Shown: positions 12,340 through 25,305, counted from the first letter of the stretch. The stretch: 64,000 nt of DNA from Eledone cirrhosa (GCA_964016885.1 OZ024762.1:6820001-6884000), one strand, 5' to 3'. Translations and numbers: made by a program. Notes: generated by a model not told the origin, from the letters alone.

Positions 12340-12950
12340 TCCAGTCTGTGTGTGTGTATATGTGTGTATATGTGTGTGTGTGCTATTTCAGCCTGTGTGG
12401 TTATTTCAGTCTGTGTGTGTGTATGTGTGCTATTTCAGCCTGTGTGGTTATTTCAGTCTGTGTGTGTGTGTGTATATGTGTATGTGTGCTATTTCAGCCT
12501 GTGTGGTTATTTCAGTATGTGTGTGTGTGTATATGTGTGTGTGTGCTATTTCAGCCTGTGTGGTTATTTCAGTCTGTGTGTGTGTGTGTGTGTTTGTTTG
12601 TTGCTATTTCAGTGTGTGTCTATTGTTATTTCAGTCTGTGTGGGTGCATGTGTGTGTGTTTGTTGCTATTTCAGTGTGTGTGGTTATTTCAGTCCGTGTG
12701 TGAGGTTGTGTGTGTGTTTCTTGCTATTTCAGCCTGTGTGTGTGTATGTGTGTTTATTGTTATTTCAGTTTGTGTGTGTGTGTGTTGCTATTTCTGTGTG
12801 TGTGTGTGTGTGTTAATATTTTAGTCTGTGCACATGTGTGTGTATGTCAGTATGTGTGTGTGTTACTATGTCAGTGTGTGCGTGTGTGTCAGTATGTGTG
12901 TGTGTGTCACTATATTAGTGTGTGTGTGTTACTATATCAGTGTGTGTGTG
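12340..12950. repeat. Minisatellite (GCTATTTCAGCCTGTGTGGTTATTTCAGTCT(GT)n)
   Basis: Repeated unit with a variable GT tract. Confidence 0.85.
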
Positions 12951-13324
12951 TGACCTTTACAGTTGATTGGGAAGGTCTTTCCAGAGATGACAATGGAAGA
13001 AGATTTATTACATTAGAATTCAAATCACTTCAGTCTCCTCCTCCTCCTACACCTCTCTCCTCTTCCTCCTACACCTCCCCTTCCACCTACACCTCTCTCA
13101 CCCTCCTATACACCTCCCCTTCCTCCCACCCTACTCCCCTGTTCCCTCCTACTACACCCCTCCCCCTCACTGATACACGTCCCTCCTCCCTTACTCCTAC
13201 ACCACCTCCTCCCCACCCTCCCACCTACACTACACCACTGGCACCAATCTTTCTGTGATTCACTTATTTCAACCAATATTGATTGCAAAAATTAAGACGT
13301 AACAAACAAAAAATAAGCTGGGAT

Positions 13325-13945
13325 GTAGTGTGGTGTGATGTAGTGTAGTGTAGTGTAGTGTAGTGTAGTGTGGTGTGGTGTGGTGTGTTGTGGTGTGGTG
13401 TAGTGTAGTGTAGTGTGGTGTAGTGTAGTGTGGTGTGGTGTGGTGTGGTGTGGTGTGTTGTGTTGTAGTGTAGTGTAGTGTGGTGTGTTGTGGTGTGGTG
13501 TAGTGTGGTGTGGTGTAGTGTGGTGTAGTGTGGTGTGATGTGGTGAGGTGTGGTGTGGTGTGGTGTAGTGTGGTGTAGTGTGTTGTGGTGTGATGTAGTG
13601 TAGTGTAGTGTGGTGTGATGTAGTGTAGTGTAGTGTAGTGTAGTGTAGTGTAGTGTAGTGTAGTGTAGTGTAGTGTGGTGTAGTAAGTGTAGTGTAGTGT
13701 GGTGTAGTGTGGTATAGTGCAGTATAGTGTAGTGTAGTGTGATGTAGTGTAGTGTGGTGTGATGTAGTGTAGTGTAGTGTAGTGTAGTGTAGTGTAGTGT
13801 GGTGTAGTAAGTGTAGTGTAGTGTGGTGTAGTGTGGTATAGTGCAGTATAGTGTAGTGTGGTGTAGTGTGATGTAGTGTAGTGTGGTGTGATGTAGTGTA
13901 GTGTAGTGCGGTGCGATGTGGTGTAGTGCAGTGTAGTGTAGTGTG
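13325..13945. repeat. (GTAGT/GTGGT)n pentanucleotide satellite
   Basis: Direct inspection. Confidence 0.95.
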
Positions 13946-14467
13946 TGTGAGTGTGTAATAGAGACTTTCCCTTTTGTATCTGTATGTATGTGTGCAATCA
14001 ATTTATTACCTGACTGATAATATAACAGGCGCATGTGTTTTGATTGGCTACATGACCCTCCCAAAATACTACGAATTTGCTTTGAACACATAATTTCACA
14101 TTAAGAATCCTTACAACACAAATACTTTAAGAATATAATTTCTTCAAAACTGGTGCCAAAATCAGTTATTACCAGATCGAAGGACAATAAAATCTCAGAT
14201 TTCTTATGAAAAGATTGATTCCTTGAGGGGCAAGTCAGTCATTCCTATTAATATTTCTAGTTGGAATGGTGTACTTGAAGAACTGCATGTTAAACAGTTG
14301 CCGATATATTCCTTCGGGTATTTTTACCGAAATAGGAACTGAAAATTTACAGTCAACAGAGAATAAATCTGTAACATCGCAGCTAATAATTCCTTGCTTT
14401 GGTTTCTAAATAAAGATTAATAAATTTCATATTATCTACAGTTGTACGAGTGGCAAACTAATAATAA

Positions 14468-15185
14468 TAATTGTTTCTACTTTAGGCACAAGGCCAGCAA
14501 TTACCCAGTGCATTACTGGTACTTTATTTTATCGACCCCGTAAGGATGAAAGGCAAAGTCAACCTTGGCGGGATTTGAACTCAGATCGTAAAGGGACGTA
14601 ACTCTTTGCTGCAAAACATGGCGTCCGACCCTCTACCGATACTGCCAATCCACCGCAAACTAATAATAATAATAATGGTTTCTTATATAGGCACAAGGCC
14701 AGTAATTTGGGGGGAGGGGAAAGTCGATTAAATCGACCCCAGTGCATGACTGGTACTTTAAAATATTGTTTCTACTTTTGGTACAAGGCCAGCAATTATC
14801 TCAGTGTATTACTGGTACTTTATTTTATCGACCCCGTAAGGATGAAAGGCAAAGTTAACCTCAGTGGGATTTGAATTCAGATCGTACAGGGAGGTAACTC
14901 TATAACTGTTTCTACTTTAGGCACAAGACAGCAATTTGAAAGGGGAGGAGTTGATTAAATCAACTCCAGTGTGTTACTGGTACTTTAAATAATGGTTTCT
15001 GATTTAGGCACAAAACAGTTAAATCGACCCCAGTGTGTTACTGGTACTTTATCTTATCGACCCTGTAAGGATGAAAGGCAAAGCTAAACTCAGCGGGATT
15101 TGAACTCAGAATGTAAAGGGCCTTAACCACATGCCACAAAGCTTGTTGTCCGATGCTCTACCAATACTGCTAATCCACTGCCCTC
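14468..15185 (-). mobile_element. Cluster of 4-5 full or partial SINE A copies
   Basis: Repeated reverse complement of the SINE A core (GGTACTTTATTTTATCGACCCCGTAAGGATGAAAGGCAAAG). Confidence 0.85.
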
Positions 15186-15204
15186 AATGATAATAATAAT
15201 AATA

Positions 15205-16800
15205 AAGAAAACTCTTATAAAAAAACCTAATAAAAAACAAAGGAAAGCTAATACAGCCACGAAACATGAACAAAACAAAAAAAAACTGTTGTCGGTCTTC
15301 AAGGAAGCCAAATCAGAAACTGGACTAACAGATAATTGTGAGGAAAATGAAAGCAAAGAAAAAACAACAATTTAAATTGAAAACTGACATCTAGAATCCC
15401 ATGTTAAAACGATGGCAAGAGAAATCCTTACATGGCCAATACCCCCAAAAGCTAAATAGAAAGGAAGTAGACAAAGAAAACACCACAAAACTAGCTCCGA
15501 AGCACTGGACTAAAAGCTGAGGCAGAAAGATTTCTAATTGCAGCACAGGACCAGAAACTACCAGAAGTACATAATGAAACAAAGTACTATAAGTAACTAT
15601 AGAAAATGTGGAGATAGGAAAGAAACAATCAACCACATAGTCTCTGGATGCCCAGCTCTAGCCAAAAAAGAATATAGCCACAGGAATGATAGAGTTGGGA
15701 CCTTCATACACTGGAAGTTATGCCAGCATTATGAAATACCAACAGAAAAAAGATGGTACAAACACACGCCAGAAAAAGTGTCAGAGAATGACAAAGCAAC
15801 CATTCTCTGGGATATGCCAAGACATACAGACAGACGTTACAGTCAAAGACAACAAAGAAAAGAAATGCCATCTAATACATGTATCTATCCCCACAAACAA
15901 CAATATATCTTCCAAGGAAATAGAGAAACTCTCCAAATATAAAGAACTAGAGATAGAAATAACTCAAATATGGAAAATGAAAGTAGAAACAATACCTATA
16001 ATAATAGGTGCTCTGGGAATGATAAAAAACACACAAATACATAGCCAAACTATAATAGGTGCTCACAAATATATACAACATACAAAAGATAGCACTACTA
16101 GGTACTGTATATATATTATAGAGTACCACAGGACTTACAAATATATACAGCATACAAAAGATAGCACTACTAAGCACTGTATATATATTATAGAGTACCA
16201 CAGGACTTACAAATATATACAACACACAAAAGATAGCACTACTAGGTACTGTATATATATTATAGAGTACCACAGGACTTACAAATATATACAGCATACA
16301 AAAGATAGCACTACTAAGCACTGTATATATATTATAGAGTACCACAGGACTTACAAATATATACAGCATACAAAAGATAGCACTACTAGGTACTGTATAT
16401 ATATTATAGAGTACCACAGGACTTACAAATATATACAGCATACAAAAGATAGCACTACTAGGTACTGTATATATATTATAGAGTACCACAGGACTTACAA
16501 ATATATACAACATACAAAAGATAGCACTACTAGGTACTGTATATATATTATATAGTACCACAGGACTTACAAATATATACAACACACAAAAGATAGCACT
16601 ACTAAGCACTGTATATATATTATAGAGTACCACAGGACTTACAAATATATACAACACACAAAAGATAGCACTACTAAGCACTGTATATATATATTATGAA
16701 AAGTACTATCAATACAATAGAAACATCAGCAAAAACTACACTGCACATACCCAAGGTACACAGAGCTGTGCTCGGTAAAGCAGTAATGATGCGCAATAAA
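15205..16800 (+). mobile_element. 5'-truncated, frameshifted R4/Dong-like non-LTR retrotransposon (zinc knuckle plus restriction-like endonuclease)
   Basis: RKCG.RKETINHIVSGC, RNDRV, TILWDMP, DVTVKD..KKCHLIHVSIP, KEIEKLSKYKELEIEI..IPIIIGALG. Flanked by (TAA)n-like sequence. Confidence 0.8.
16063..16698 (+). repeat. 72-bp tandem repeat, about 8.8 copies
   Basis: CAGGACTTAC recurs every 72 nt (16129, 16201 ... 16561, 16633). Confidence 0.95.
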
Positions 16801-16848
16801 CATAATAATGGTTTCTTCTTTAGGCACATAGCCAGTAATATTATATAT

Positions 16849-17032
16849 GCGGTGGATTGGCAGTATCGGTAGAGGGTCTGACGCTATGCTTTGCAGCAAA
16901 GAGTTACGCCCCTTTATAGTTTGAGTTCAAATCCCGCCGAGGTTAACTTTGCCTTTCATCCTTACGGGGTCGATAAAATAAAGTACCAGTAATGCACTGG
17001 ATAATTGCTGGCCTTGTGCCAAAAGTAGAAAC

Positions 17033-17038
<6 letters not shown>
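16849..17038 (+). mobile_element. SINE family A, full length
   Basis: Matches the 5245-5430 consensus. Confidence 0.85.
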
Positions 17039-17071
<33 letters not shown>

Positions 17072-17349
17072 TTATGCAAAGGCATGTGGCTTAATTGTAA
17101 GGGTGTTCAGCTAATGTTCATAAGGTTATGAGTTCAATATCCAGGAGTGCATTTTGTCCTTGAGCGAGACACTCTATTTCATTTCATGTAGTTCCACCAA
17201 TCCACTCACCTGGCAAAAATGAGTTGCACCTTTAATAAGAGCTAGCCATATCACACACACTGTGTCGCATTGAATCTCCCTGAGAATTATGTTCAGAGTG
17301 TGTGTATCTGTGGAATTCTCAATGGCTAACACATTAATTTGACGAGTGG

Positions 17350-17580
17350 GAGATATACTTCGGGTACACAGAATGCCTCAGGAAAGAATCGCAAGACAGA
17401 TTTTATGGGCAAAACCAACCAGCAAGAGCCCCAGGGGTGGACAGCAAGCAAGATGATTGGATAACATCCATGACCCTGGCTGGTCTTGCTTTGGTATCCA
17501 GCTGGATAAATCGAAGACAGTTGCTTCTGATAGGACCAGCTGGAAGGGTTACTTGAGGACTGTCTGCTCTCCACGCTGGA
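17350..17580 (+). mobile_element. RTE LINE (second family) 3' fragment
   Basis: Similar to 63445-63838 and, inverted, to 28240-28560 and 42630-42920. Confidence 0.6.
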
Positions 17581-18239
17581 ATTCAGAGACAGCCATTGTT
17601 TGAACAACTTGAACACTTGACACAACTGACAGAGATCCAACACACACGGACGCACGCACACACACACACACACAAATACACGCACACACAAATATACACA
17701 CACACAAATGTATGTATGTGTATATATGTACTATGGCTATGTGCATGTATATATATATGTATGTATTGTGTATGTGCATGTATATGTGTATGTATGTGTA
17801 TAGATGTATGTATTACATATATGTGTATATATGTATTATGAGTATGTATATATATGTATGTATTGTGTATGTGCATGTATATGTGTATGTATGTGTATAT
17901 ATGTATTATGAGTATGTGTATATATGTACATGTATACATATATGTATTATATGCATGTATGTGAATATCTGCATATGTCTATGTCAGACTACATCAGCCA
18001 ATTAGGTATCAGCCAGCAGTTATATAAATCTGCAGATAAATATATGAGGTCAACTGACCTTTTCCTAAACTCACAAACACACCCAGTTTATCTGACCTGA
18101 AAAATATTGGAGCCATAAGAAAATATATTTTAAACCATTAAAATTGAATTATCAACTTGCATGTGACATTTTACAGTTTTGCCCCTAAATTCTGGTACAA
18201 GATAGGTTTAGTTCACTCTTAACATCATCATTTCATTTC

Positions 18240-18581
18240 ATCATCATCATTTTCATTTTACGTCCGCTTTTTCCCTGCTTGCAAGGGTGGGACGGGAACT
18301 GATTCTGGCTTGATTTCTACAGCTGGATGCCCTTCCAAACACCAACCTCATTTACAGTACGTGCTGTGTCCCTTTTTGCCGTGGCACCTCCACGACTACT
18401 TTACAGTGGAATGATATGGACACCCAGTCCCTATCATCTCATTTCTTCAGCTGAGTAAACTGGAGCAATGTGAAATAAAGTGTCTTGCTCAAGGAAACAA
18501 CACATCACCCAGTCTGAGAATTGAACTCACAACCTTTCGATTGCAAGGCCAATGCTCTAACCACTAAGCCATGTGCCTCCA
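18240..18581 (-). mobile_element. Full-length tRNA-derived SINE B with RTE-derived 3' tail
   Basis: tRNA-like head at 18515-18581; 3' end CCGTCCCACCCTTGCAAGCAGGGAAAAAGCGGACG nearly identical to the RTE tail at 6695-6728. Confidence 0.8.
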
Positions 18582-19437
18582 TCCTGTAATAATTTAGTAG
18601 AAAATAACTAAAAATGGGTTTGTTGATTTAAATGTTTCTAGTATCTTTACTCATCGATAAATCATTCTGAAAATTTAAGGTATCATCTCTTAACATCCTG
18701 TAATGATTTAACAGAAAATATCTGAAAATGTGGTTTGTTAATTTAAATGTTTTTATCTTTACTAGTGAACAGATCATTCTGAAAATTTGCAGTTTTATAT
18801 CTGAACATCTTGTAATGATTTGACAGAAAATATCTAAAAAGAGAGGCTGAGGCTTGCATCAGAAGATCTGAAGGATGTGGAGACCTCATGCAGAGTATTG
18901 AAGAAGATGCTGCTTTCAAAGGTGCCGTGTTACAGAATACACGAGCACAGTAGCAAAACAAGACCAATATGCTTAAGAGACCATGAAGTGGGTAAGTTGA
19001 ATTGTAAGTAAAGCCAACTACATTGGTGCCACAAAATGCCAGATTTATAATTGAGCACCCAAACATTTTGAAAAGGCAGCACCTCCAAGCAAAATATATA
19101 TGGAAGAAGAAGGACCACAAAAAACATTTTCAGAGCTAAGAGATACAGTTGCCCTAAAAATAGCGGAGGCCCATTTTATTGGGAAGCGGGCGCTTACCCT
19201 CAACTGTCAGAGTGACCTGGATACACATGCTCTGACCAGTAATGGATTTGCCAAGCCAGGAATTAGATTGACATAGTCTGAAGAGGGAATATAAAAGCCC
19301 AAAGTGGTCACTAACAAGTGAACTAGTAGCCACATGACCATTCATAGTAACTAAAATAACAATAATGCTAATTCTAACTCTAATCCTTACTCTAGATCTC
19401 ACACACTCAACATCCTACTACACCTCTACCTTCACCT

Positions 19438-19808
19438 ATCATCATCATCATCATTTTACGTCCACTTTTCCCTGCTTGCAAGGGTGGGACGGGAACTGAT
19501 TCTGGCTTGATTTCTACAGCTGGATGCCCTTCCTAACACCAACCTCATTTACAGTGAGTGCTGGGTGCTTTTTTTTCCATGGCGCCTACACATCCACTTT
19601 ACAGTGTGGGCTGGGTGCTTTTTTGCCATGGCACCTCCACGACCACTTTGCAGTGGAATGATATGGACCCCAGTCCCTATCATCTCATTTCTACAGCTGA
19701 GTAAACAGGAGCAATGTGAAATAAAGTGTCTTGCTCAAGGAAACAACACATCACTCGGTCTGAGAATTGAACTCACAACCTTTTGATTGCACTAAGCCAT
19801 GTGCCTCC
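19438..19808 (-). mobile_element. SINE B copy
   Basis: Co-linear with 18240-18581. Confidence 0.8.
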
Positions 19809-20161
19809 AAACAAACAATAAAATACAAAGCATATACAGTTTATAAACAAGTTTTGTCTCATTGTATTTTATTACATTCTAACTTCTCCCTCTCCACTTC
19901 CTATAGGTTACTCTTACCTTGCCCTGCACTACAGAAAAACTATACAATCCGCTATACATCTAAAAAATAGGTTTGTTAATTCAAATATTTATAGTATCTT
20001 TACTAGTGGACAGATCACTGTGAACATTTGAAGTTTTATATCTGAACATCTTGTAAAATTTAGCAGAAAATAACTAAAAATGGGTTTGTTAATTCAATTT
20101 ATGATCTTTAACGGTGGACAGACTATTGTGAAAATTTGCAGAAAACTAAAGACATTATTTG

Positions 20162-20342
20162 TTGGCAGTATCGGTAGAGGGTCGGATGCCATGCTTTTCA
20201 TCATAGTTACGTCCCTTTACAGTCCGAGTTCAAATCCCGCCGCGGTTAACTTTGCCTTTCATCCTTACGGGGTCGATAAAATAAAGTACCAGTAATGCAC
20301 TGGTATATTTTGCTGGCCTTGTGCCAAAAGTAGAAACAATTA
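20162..20342 (+). mobile_element. SINE family A
   Basis: Matches the family A core. Confidence 0.85.
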
Positions 20343-20779
20343 TTTGTTTAATGTGCTGTTTTGTACTTTTCTAGAATATTCTGCTGAAGCGGGTTCATGT
20401 GGTGCAGGACATTAAAATGTAAAGAGTCTAGGCATATGGCCGAGTGGTTAGCATGTGTGTGCGTATGACTGTGCATAGACGCACATTTGGTTTTTATATA
20501 TGCATGTAACTTATGAATGTGTACATGCGCATGCATGCATGAGTATGCATGTATGTTTGTGTATATATGACTGTGTGCATGGATGACTGTATGCATGGAC
20601 CTATATGTATGTGTGCATGTATACATGCATGAGTGCACATATGCATGCACATGTGTATATGCATGAGTGCATATATATATATGAACACACATGCATGTAT
20701 CTTTCAATGCATGAATGTATGTGCATGTGTGCAGGCATCTATGTATGCACGTACACATATGTACATGCATATATGTATG

Positions 20780-21692
20780 CATACATGTTTGTATACATGG
20801 ATGTATGTATGCATATGTGTGTATGCATACATACAAGTATGTATGTATATGTGTATGCATACATACAAATATGTATGCATGTGTATGCATACATACAAGT
20901 ATGTATGCATACATGTGTATGCATATATACAAGTATGTATGCATACATGTGTATGCATACATACAAGTATGTATGCATACATGTGTATGCATATATACAA
21001 GTATGTATGCATACATGTGTATGCATACATACAAGTATGTATGTGTATGCATACATACAAGTATGTATGCACATGTGTATGCATACATACAAGTATGTAT
21101 GCATACATGTGTATGCATATATACAAGTATGTATGCATACGTGTGTATGCATATATACAAGTATGTATGCATGTGTATGCATACATACAAGTATGTATGT
21201 GTATGCATACATACAAGTATGTATGCACATGTGTATGCATACATACAAGTATGTATGCATACATGTGTATGCATATATACAAGTATGTATGCATACGTGT
21301 GTATGCATATATACAAGTATGTATGCATGTGTATGCATACATACAAGTATGTATGTGTATGCATACATACAAGTATGTATGCATGTGTGTATGCATACAT
21401 ACAAGTATGTATGTGTATGCATACATACAAGTATGTATGCATGTGTGTATGCATACATACAAGTATGTATGCGTGTGTGTATGCATACATACAAGTATGT
21501 ATGCATGTGTGTATGCATACATACAAGTATGTATGTGTATGCATACATACAAGTATGTATGCATGTGTGTATGCATACATACAAGTATGTATGCGTGTGT
21601 GTATGCATACATACAAGTATGTATGCATACATACAAGTATGTATGCATGTGTGTATGCATACATACAAGTATGTATGCGTATGTGTATGCAT
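20780..21692. repeat. Palindrome-rich minisatellite (GTGTATGCATACATACAAGTATGTATGCAT)n
   Basis: About 22-32-nt units; explains the 300-570-aa ORFs in all frames. Confidence 0.95.
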
Positions 21693-21834
21693 GTAGATAT
21701 GTAAAGAATGAAAAAAACATGAAGCAGATTTGAGAGAATGTGAGGGAGAAAGGGAGATGCTGAAATATTAAACTGCGTCATGTTGTAAATATTGTGGAGT
21801 TTAGATGTGGCACATGGCCAATCTGGGTTGGTGG

Positions 21835-21856
21835 AGTGTATGTGTGTGTGTGTATA

Positions 21857-21905
<49 letters not shown>

Positions 21906-21954
21906 ATACACACACACATATATATATATATACATACATGTATACATATAGATG

Positions 21955-21986
<32 letters not shown>

Positions 21987-22163
21987 TCTACACATATACA
22001 TACATATATATATATATGTATATATGTATATATATATATGCATACAATCATACACATACATACATGTGTGTTTGTGTATATAATACTGTGTTTGTGTATA
22101 TAATACTGATCTTATCTGGGTTAAAGTACACCACTACCAACTATGGACAGTACACACTTTCAC

Positions 22164-22237
<74 letters not shown>

Positions 22238-22256
22238 TACATGTAGACATACATAT

Positions 22257-22287
<31 letters not shown>

Positions 22288-22591
22288 AACATGTATATAT
22301 ATATATATTGATGGCACACTATCTCTCTCTAGTGTGTTACCTTTTCAACATATTGTATTTTATATATATATATATATACATACATATACAAACATGTATA
22401 TATATATATACACACACACACACATATAAACATGTATATATATATACATACACATATATATAAACATGTATACATATATATATATATATACACACATGTA
22501 GTCCTATATAAATATACATACATATACACATATATATATATATATATACATGCATATATATATATACACACACACACACATATATACATGC

Positions 22592-22624
<33 letters not shown>

Positions 22625-22817
22625 TGCATATATATATATATACACACATATACATGCATATATATACACACACACATATACATGCATATATATATATATA
22701 CACACACACATACATACACACACACATATGCATGCATATATATATATATACACAGACACACATATACATGCATATATATACATATATATATACACACACA
22801 CACACACATATACATGC

Positions 22818-22854
<37 letters not shown>

Positions 22855-23710
22855 TACATGCATATATATATACACACACACACACACATACATGCAGGCA
22901 TACAAACGTATATAATTGTATACTTACACACATTCATGTATGTATGCGTGTACTTCACATAAAGAGAGACAGACACACAGATCCATGTACATATACACAA
23001 AGCACGCGCAGACACACACACACACATATACATACATAAACACATACTTTAGTGATAATGTTATTAGGCACACAGACAGTCACCAACTGGCACAGATACA
23101 CACACAGACATAGAGGCCGGCTGTGACATACACACACACACAGGTACAGACACACACATACAGTTACACAGACTGATACACACACCCTGCTACATACACA
23201 CACACGTACATTGACACACACAAACAGAGGTACATTGACACACACACACAGGTACATACAGACTGATACACACACACACATACACACACAGACATAGAGG
23301 CCGGCTGTGACATACACACACACTGACTGATACACACACACACAGGTACAGACACACACATAGTTACATAGACTGATACACACACCCAGCTACATACACA
23401 CAGACACACACACGTCCATTGACACACACACACACACAGACACACTGACACACACACACACACACGCACAGGTACATACAGACTGATACACACACACACA
23501 TACACAGACAGACTGATACACACAGACGCTCACACAGACACACACACAGACAGACAGACTGATACACACAGACTCTCACACAGACAGACTGATGCACATA
23601 CACAGACAGACTGATACACACAGACACTCACACTGATACACACACAGACACAGACACACTGATACACACACAGACACAGACACACTGATACACACACACA
23701 CAGAGACACT
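21835..23710. repeat. Long (TA)n/(CA)n compound microsatellite region
   Basis: Direct inspection. Confidence 0.9.
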
Positions 23711-23778
23711 GAGTAATTAACAAATATTTCTAAATAGATACCTCTTCTAAACCACATTGTAATCAATAATTAACACCA

Positions 23779-24165
23779 ACTACTACTACTACTACTGTCA
23801 CTACTACTACTACTACTACTACTGTTACTACAACTACTACTGCTGCCACTACTACTACTATTACTGCTACTGTTACTACAACTACTACTACTATTACTAC
23901 TACTACTGTCACTACTACTACTACTACTACTACTGTTACTACAACTACTACTACTATTACTACTACTACTGTCACTACTACTACTACTGTTACTACAACT
24001 ACTACTGCTGCCACTACTACTACTACTACTACTGCTACTACAACTACTGCCACTACTACTACTACTACTACTGCCACTACTACTACTGCCATTACTACTA
24101 CTACTACTACTACTGCTATTACTCCAAGTACTAGTACAACTAGTACTACTAGTACAACTAGTACA
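23779..24165. repeat. (CTA)n tract
   Basis: Direct inspection. Confidence 0.95.
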
Positions 24166-24285
24166 AGAACTTACAGCATTCAATACCATCCATCATTCCC
24201 TTGACTGACATCACAATGCTATATTTATATATACATTGTATTTATGTCTGTATACAACAAAGATTATTAACCAAAATAATACGTC

Positions 24286-24334
<49 letters not shown>

Positions 24335-24458
24335 GTAGGAGGTGAGTTTTATTGTAGCACAATAAAGCAATGCAAATATCAGATAAGAAGCACTCAACAG
24401 TTTGTAGGACTGGAGTATAAATAATATAAAATCAAAAGATGGTTAAAAGAGTTCCATG

Positions 24459-24529
24459 TATTTTATTATGCGCATTTCAAAAACAAATATCATCATGGGA
24501 TGATATTTGCGTTCTCATCAGATAAAATA
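24459..24529 (-). ncRNA. Type I hammerhead ribozyme motif (minus copy)
   Basis: Exact reverse complement of 24564-24634. Confidence 0.8.
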
Positions 24530-24563
24530 GGGAGACATGATATGAAGCTTAAAAAACACTTGC

Positions 24564-24634
24564 TATTTTATCTGATGAGAACGCAAATATCATCCCATGA
24601 TGATATTTGTTTTTGAAATGCGCATAATAAAATA
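24564..24634 (+). ncRNA. Type I hammerhead ribozyme motif
   Basis: Stem I TATTTTAT/ATAAAATA; CTGATGA (24572-24578); stem II CAAATATCATC-ccat-GATGATATTTG; GAAA (24615-24618); palindromic stem III TGCGCA; AUA site with predicted cut after 24626. Confidence 0.85.
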
Positions 24635-24908
24635 CATGGAACTCTTTTAACCATCTTTTGATTTTATATTTGGGAGCCCCTACATGGACACACTAGAAGA
24701 GGAAGACCAAGGTTAACATATGTTGATGCCCTAAGGACAGACACTGGTCTGTTGGAGATGCAGGATATGGCAGCGATAATGAGGGACAGAGACCGCTGGA
24801 GAGAACTCGTCCATGGATCTCGGGAATTTTACCCGCCTTAGATAGATAGATAGATAGATAGATATATATATTGCAAAGTTTTTGATATGAAATTGTGTGT
24901 CGAAACAA

Positions 24909-25305
24909 ATATTGTTATACTTGGGGAGGGTCATATTGTTATAATAATATTGCCAGAAATAATATCAGAACACACTTACTGCTTGGTTGGTTTTCGCTTC
25001 TGTATCTTTTATATCTCCACAGTTAATTCTTTTGGTCCTCAATGTTTACCACAGTCAAAAATACAGATATAATATAGATGTGCAACGAAAGAACTTTGTT
25101 AGACTATATATATGTGTTTATATCTATATTATATCTGTATTTTTTACCGTTGGTCAGTCAATGGTAAACATTGAGGACCAAAAGAATTAACTGTGGAGAT
25201 ATAAAAGATACAGAAGCGAAAACCAACCAAACACTGAGTGTGTTCTGTTATTATTTCTGGTAATATTATTACAACAATATGATCCTCCCCAAGTAAAAAC
25301 AATAT
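24909..25305. repeat. Imperfect inverted repeat, about 170-bp arms, flanked by (TA)n
   Basis: 24909-25051 vs 25162-25305, and 25057-25079 vs 25122-25144. Confidence 0.85.

Noticed and set aside
16063-16698. CRISPR-like regular array (also 33543-33874)
   Set aside because: No unique spacers, units are contiguous, the context is eukaryotic, and no cas genes are present.
20348-22057. Long ORFs (up to 569 aa) in all frames
   Set aside because: Stop-free TA/TG/CA satellite. The same applies to ORFs at 12.3, 13.3, 22.3, 31.3, 33.9 and 38.1 kb.
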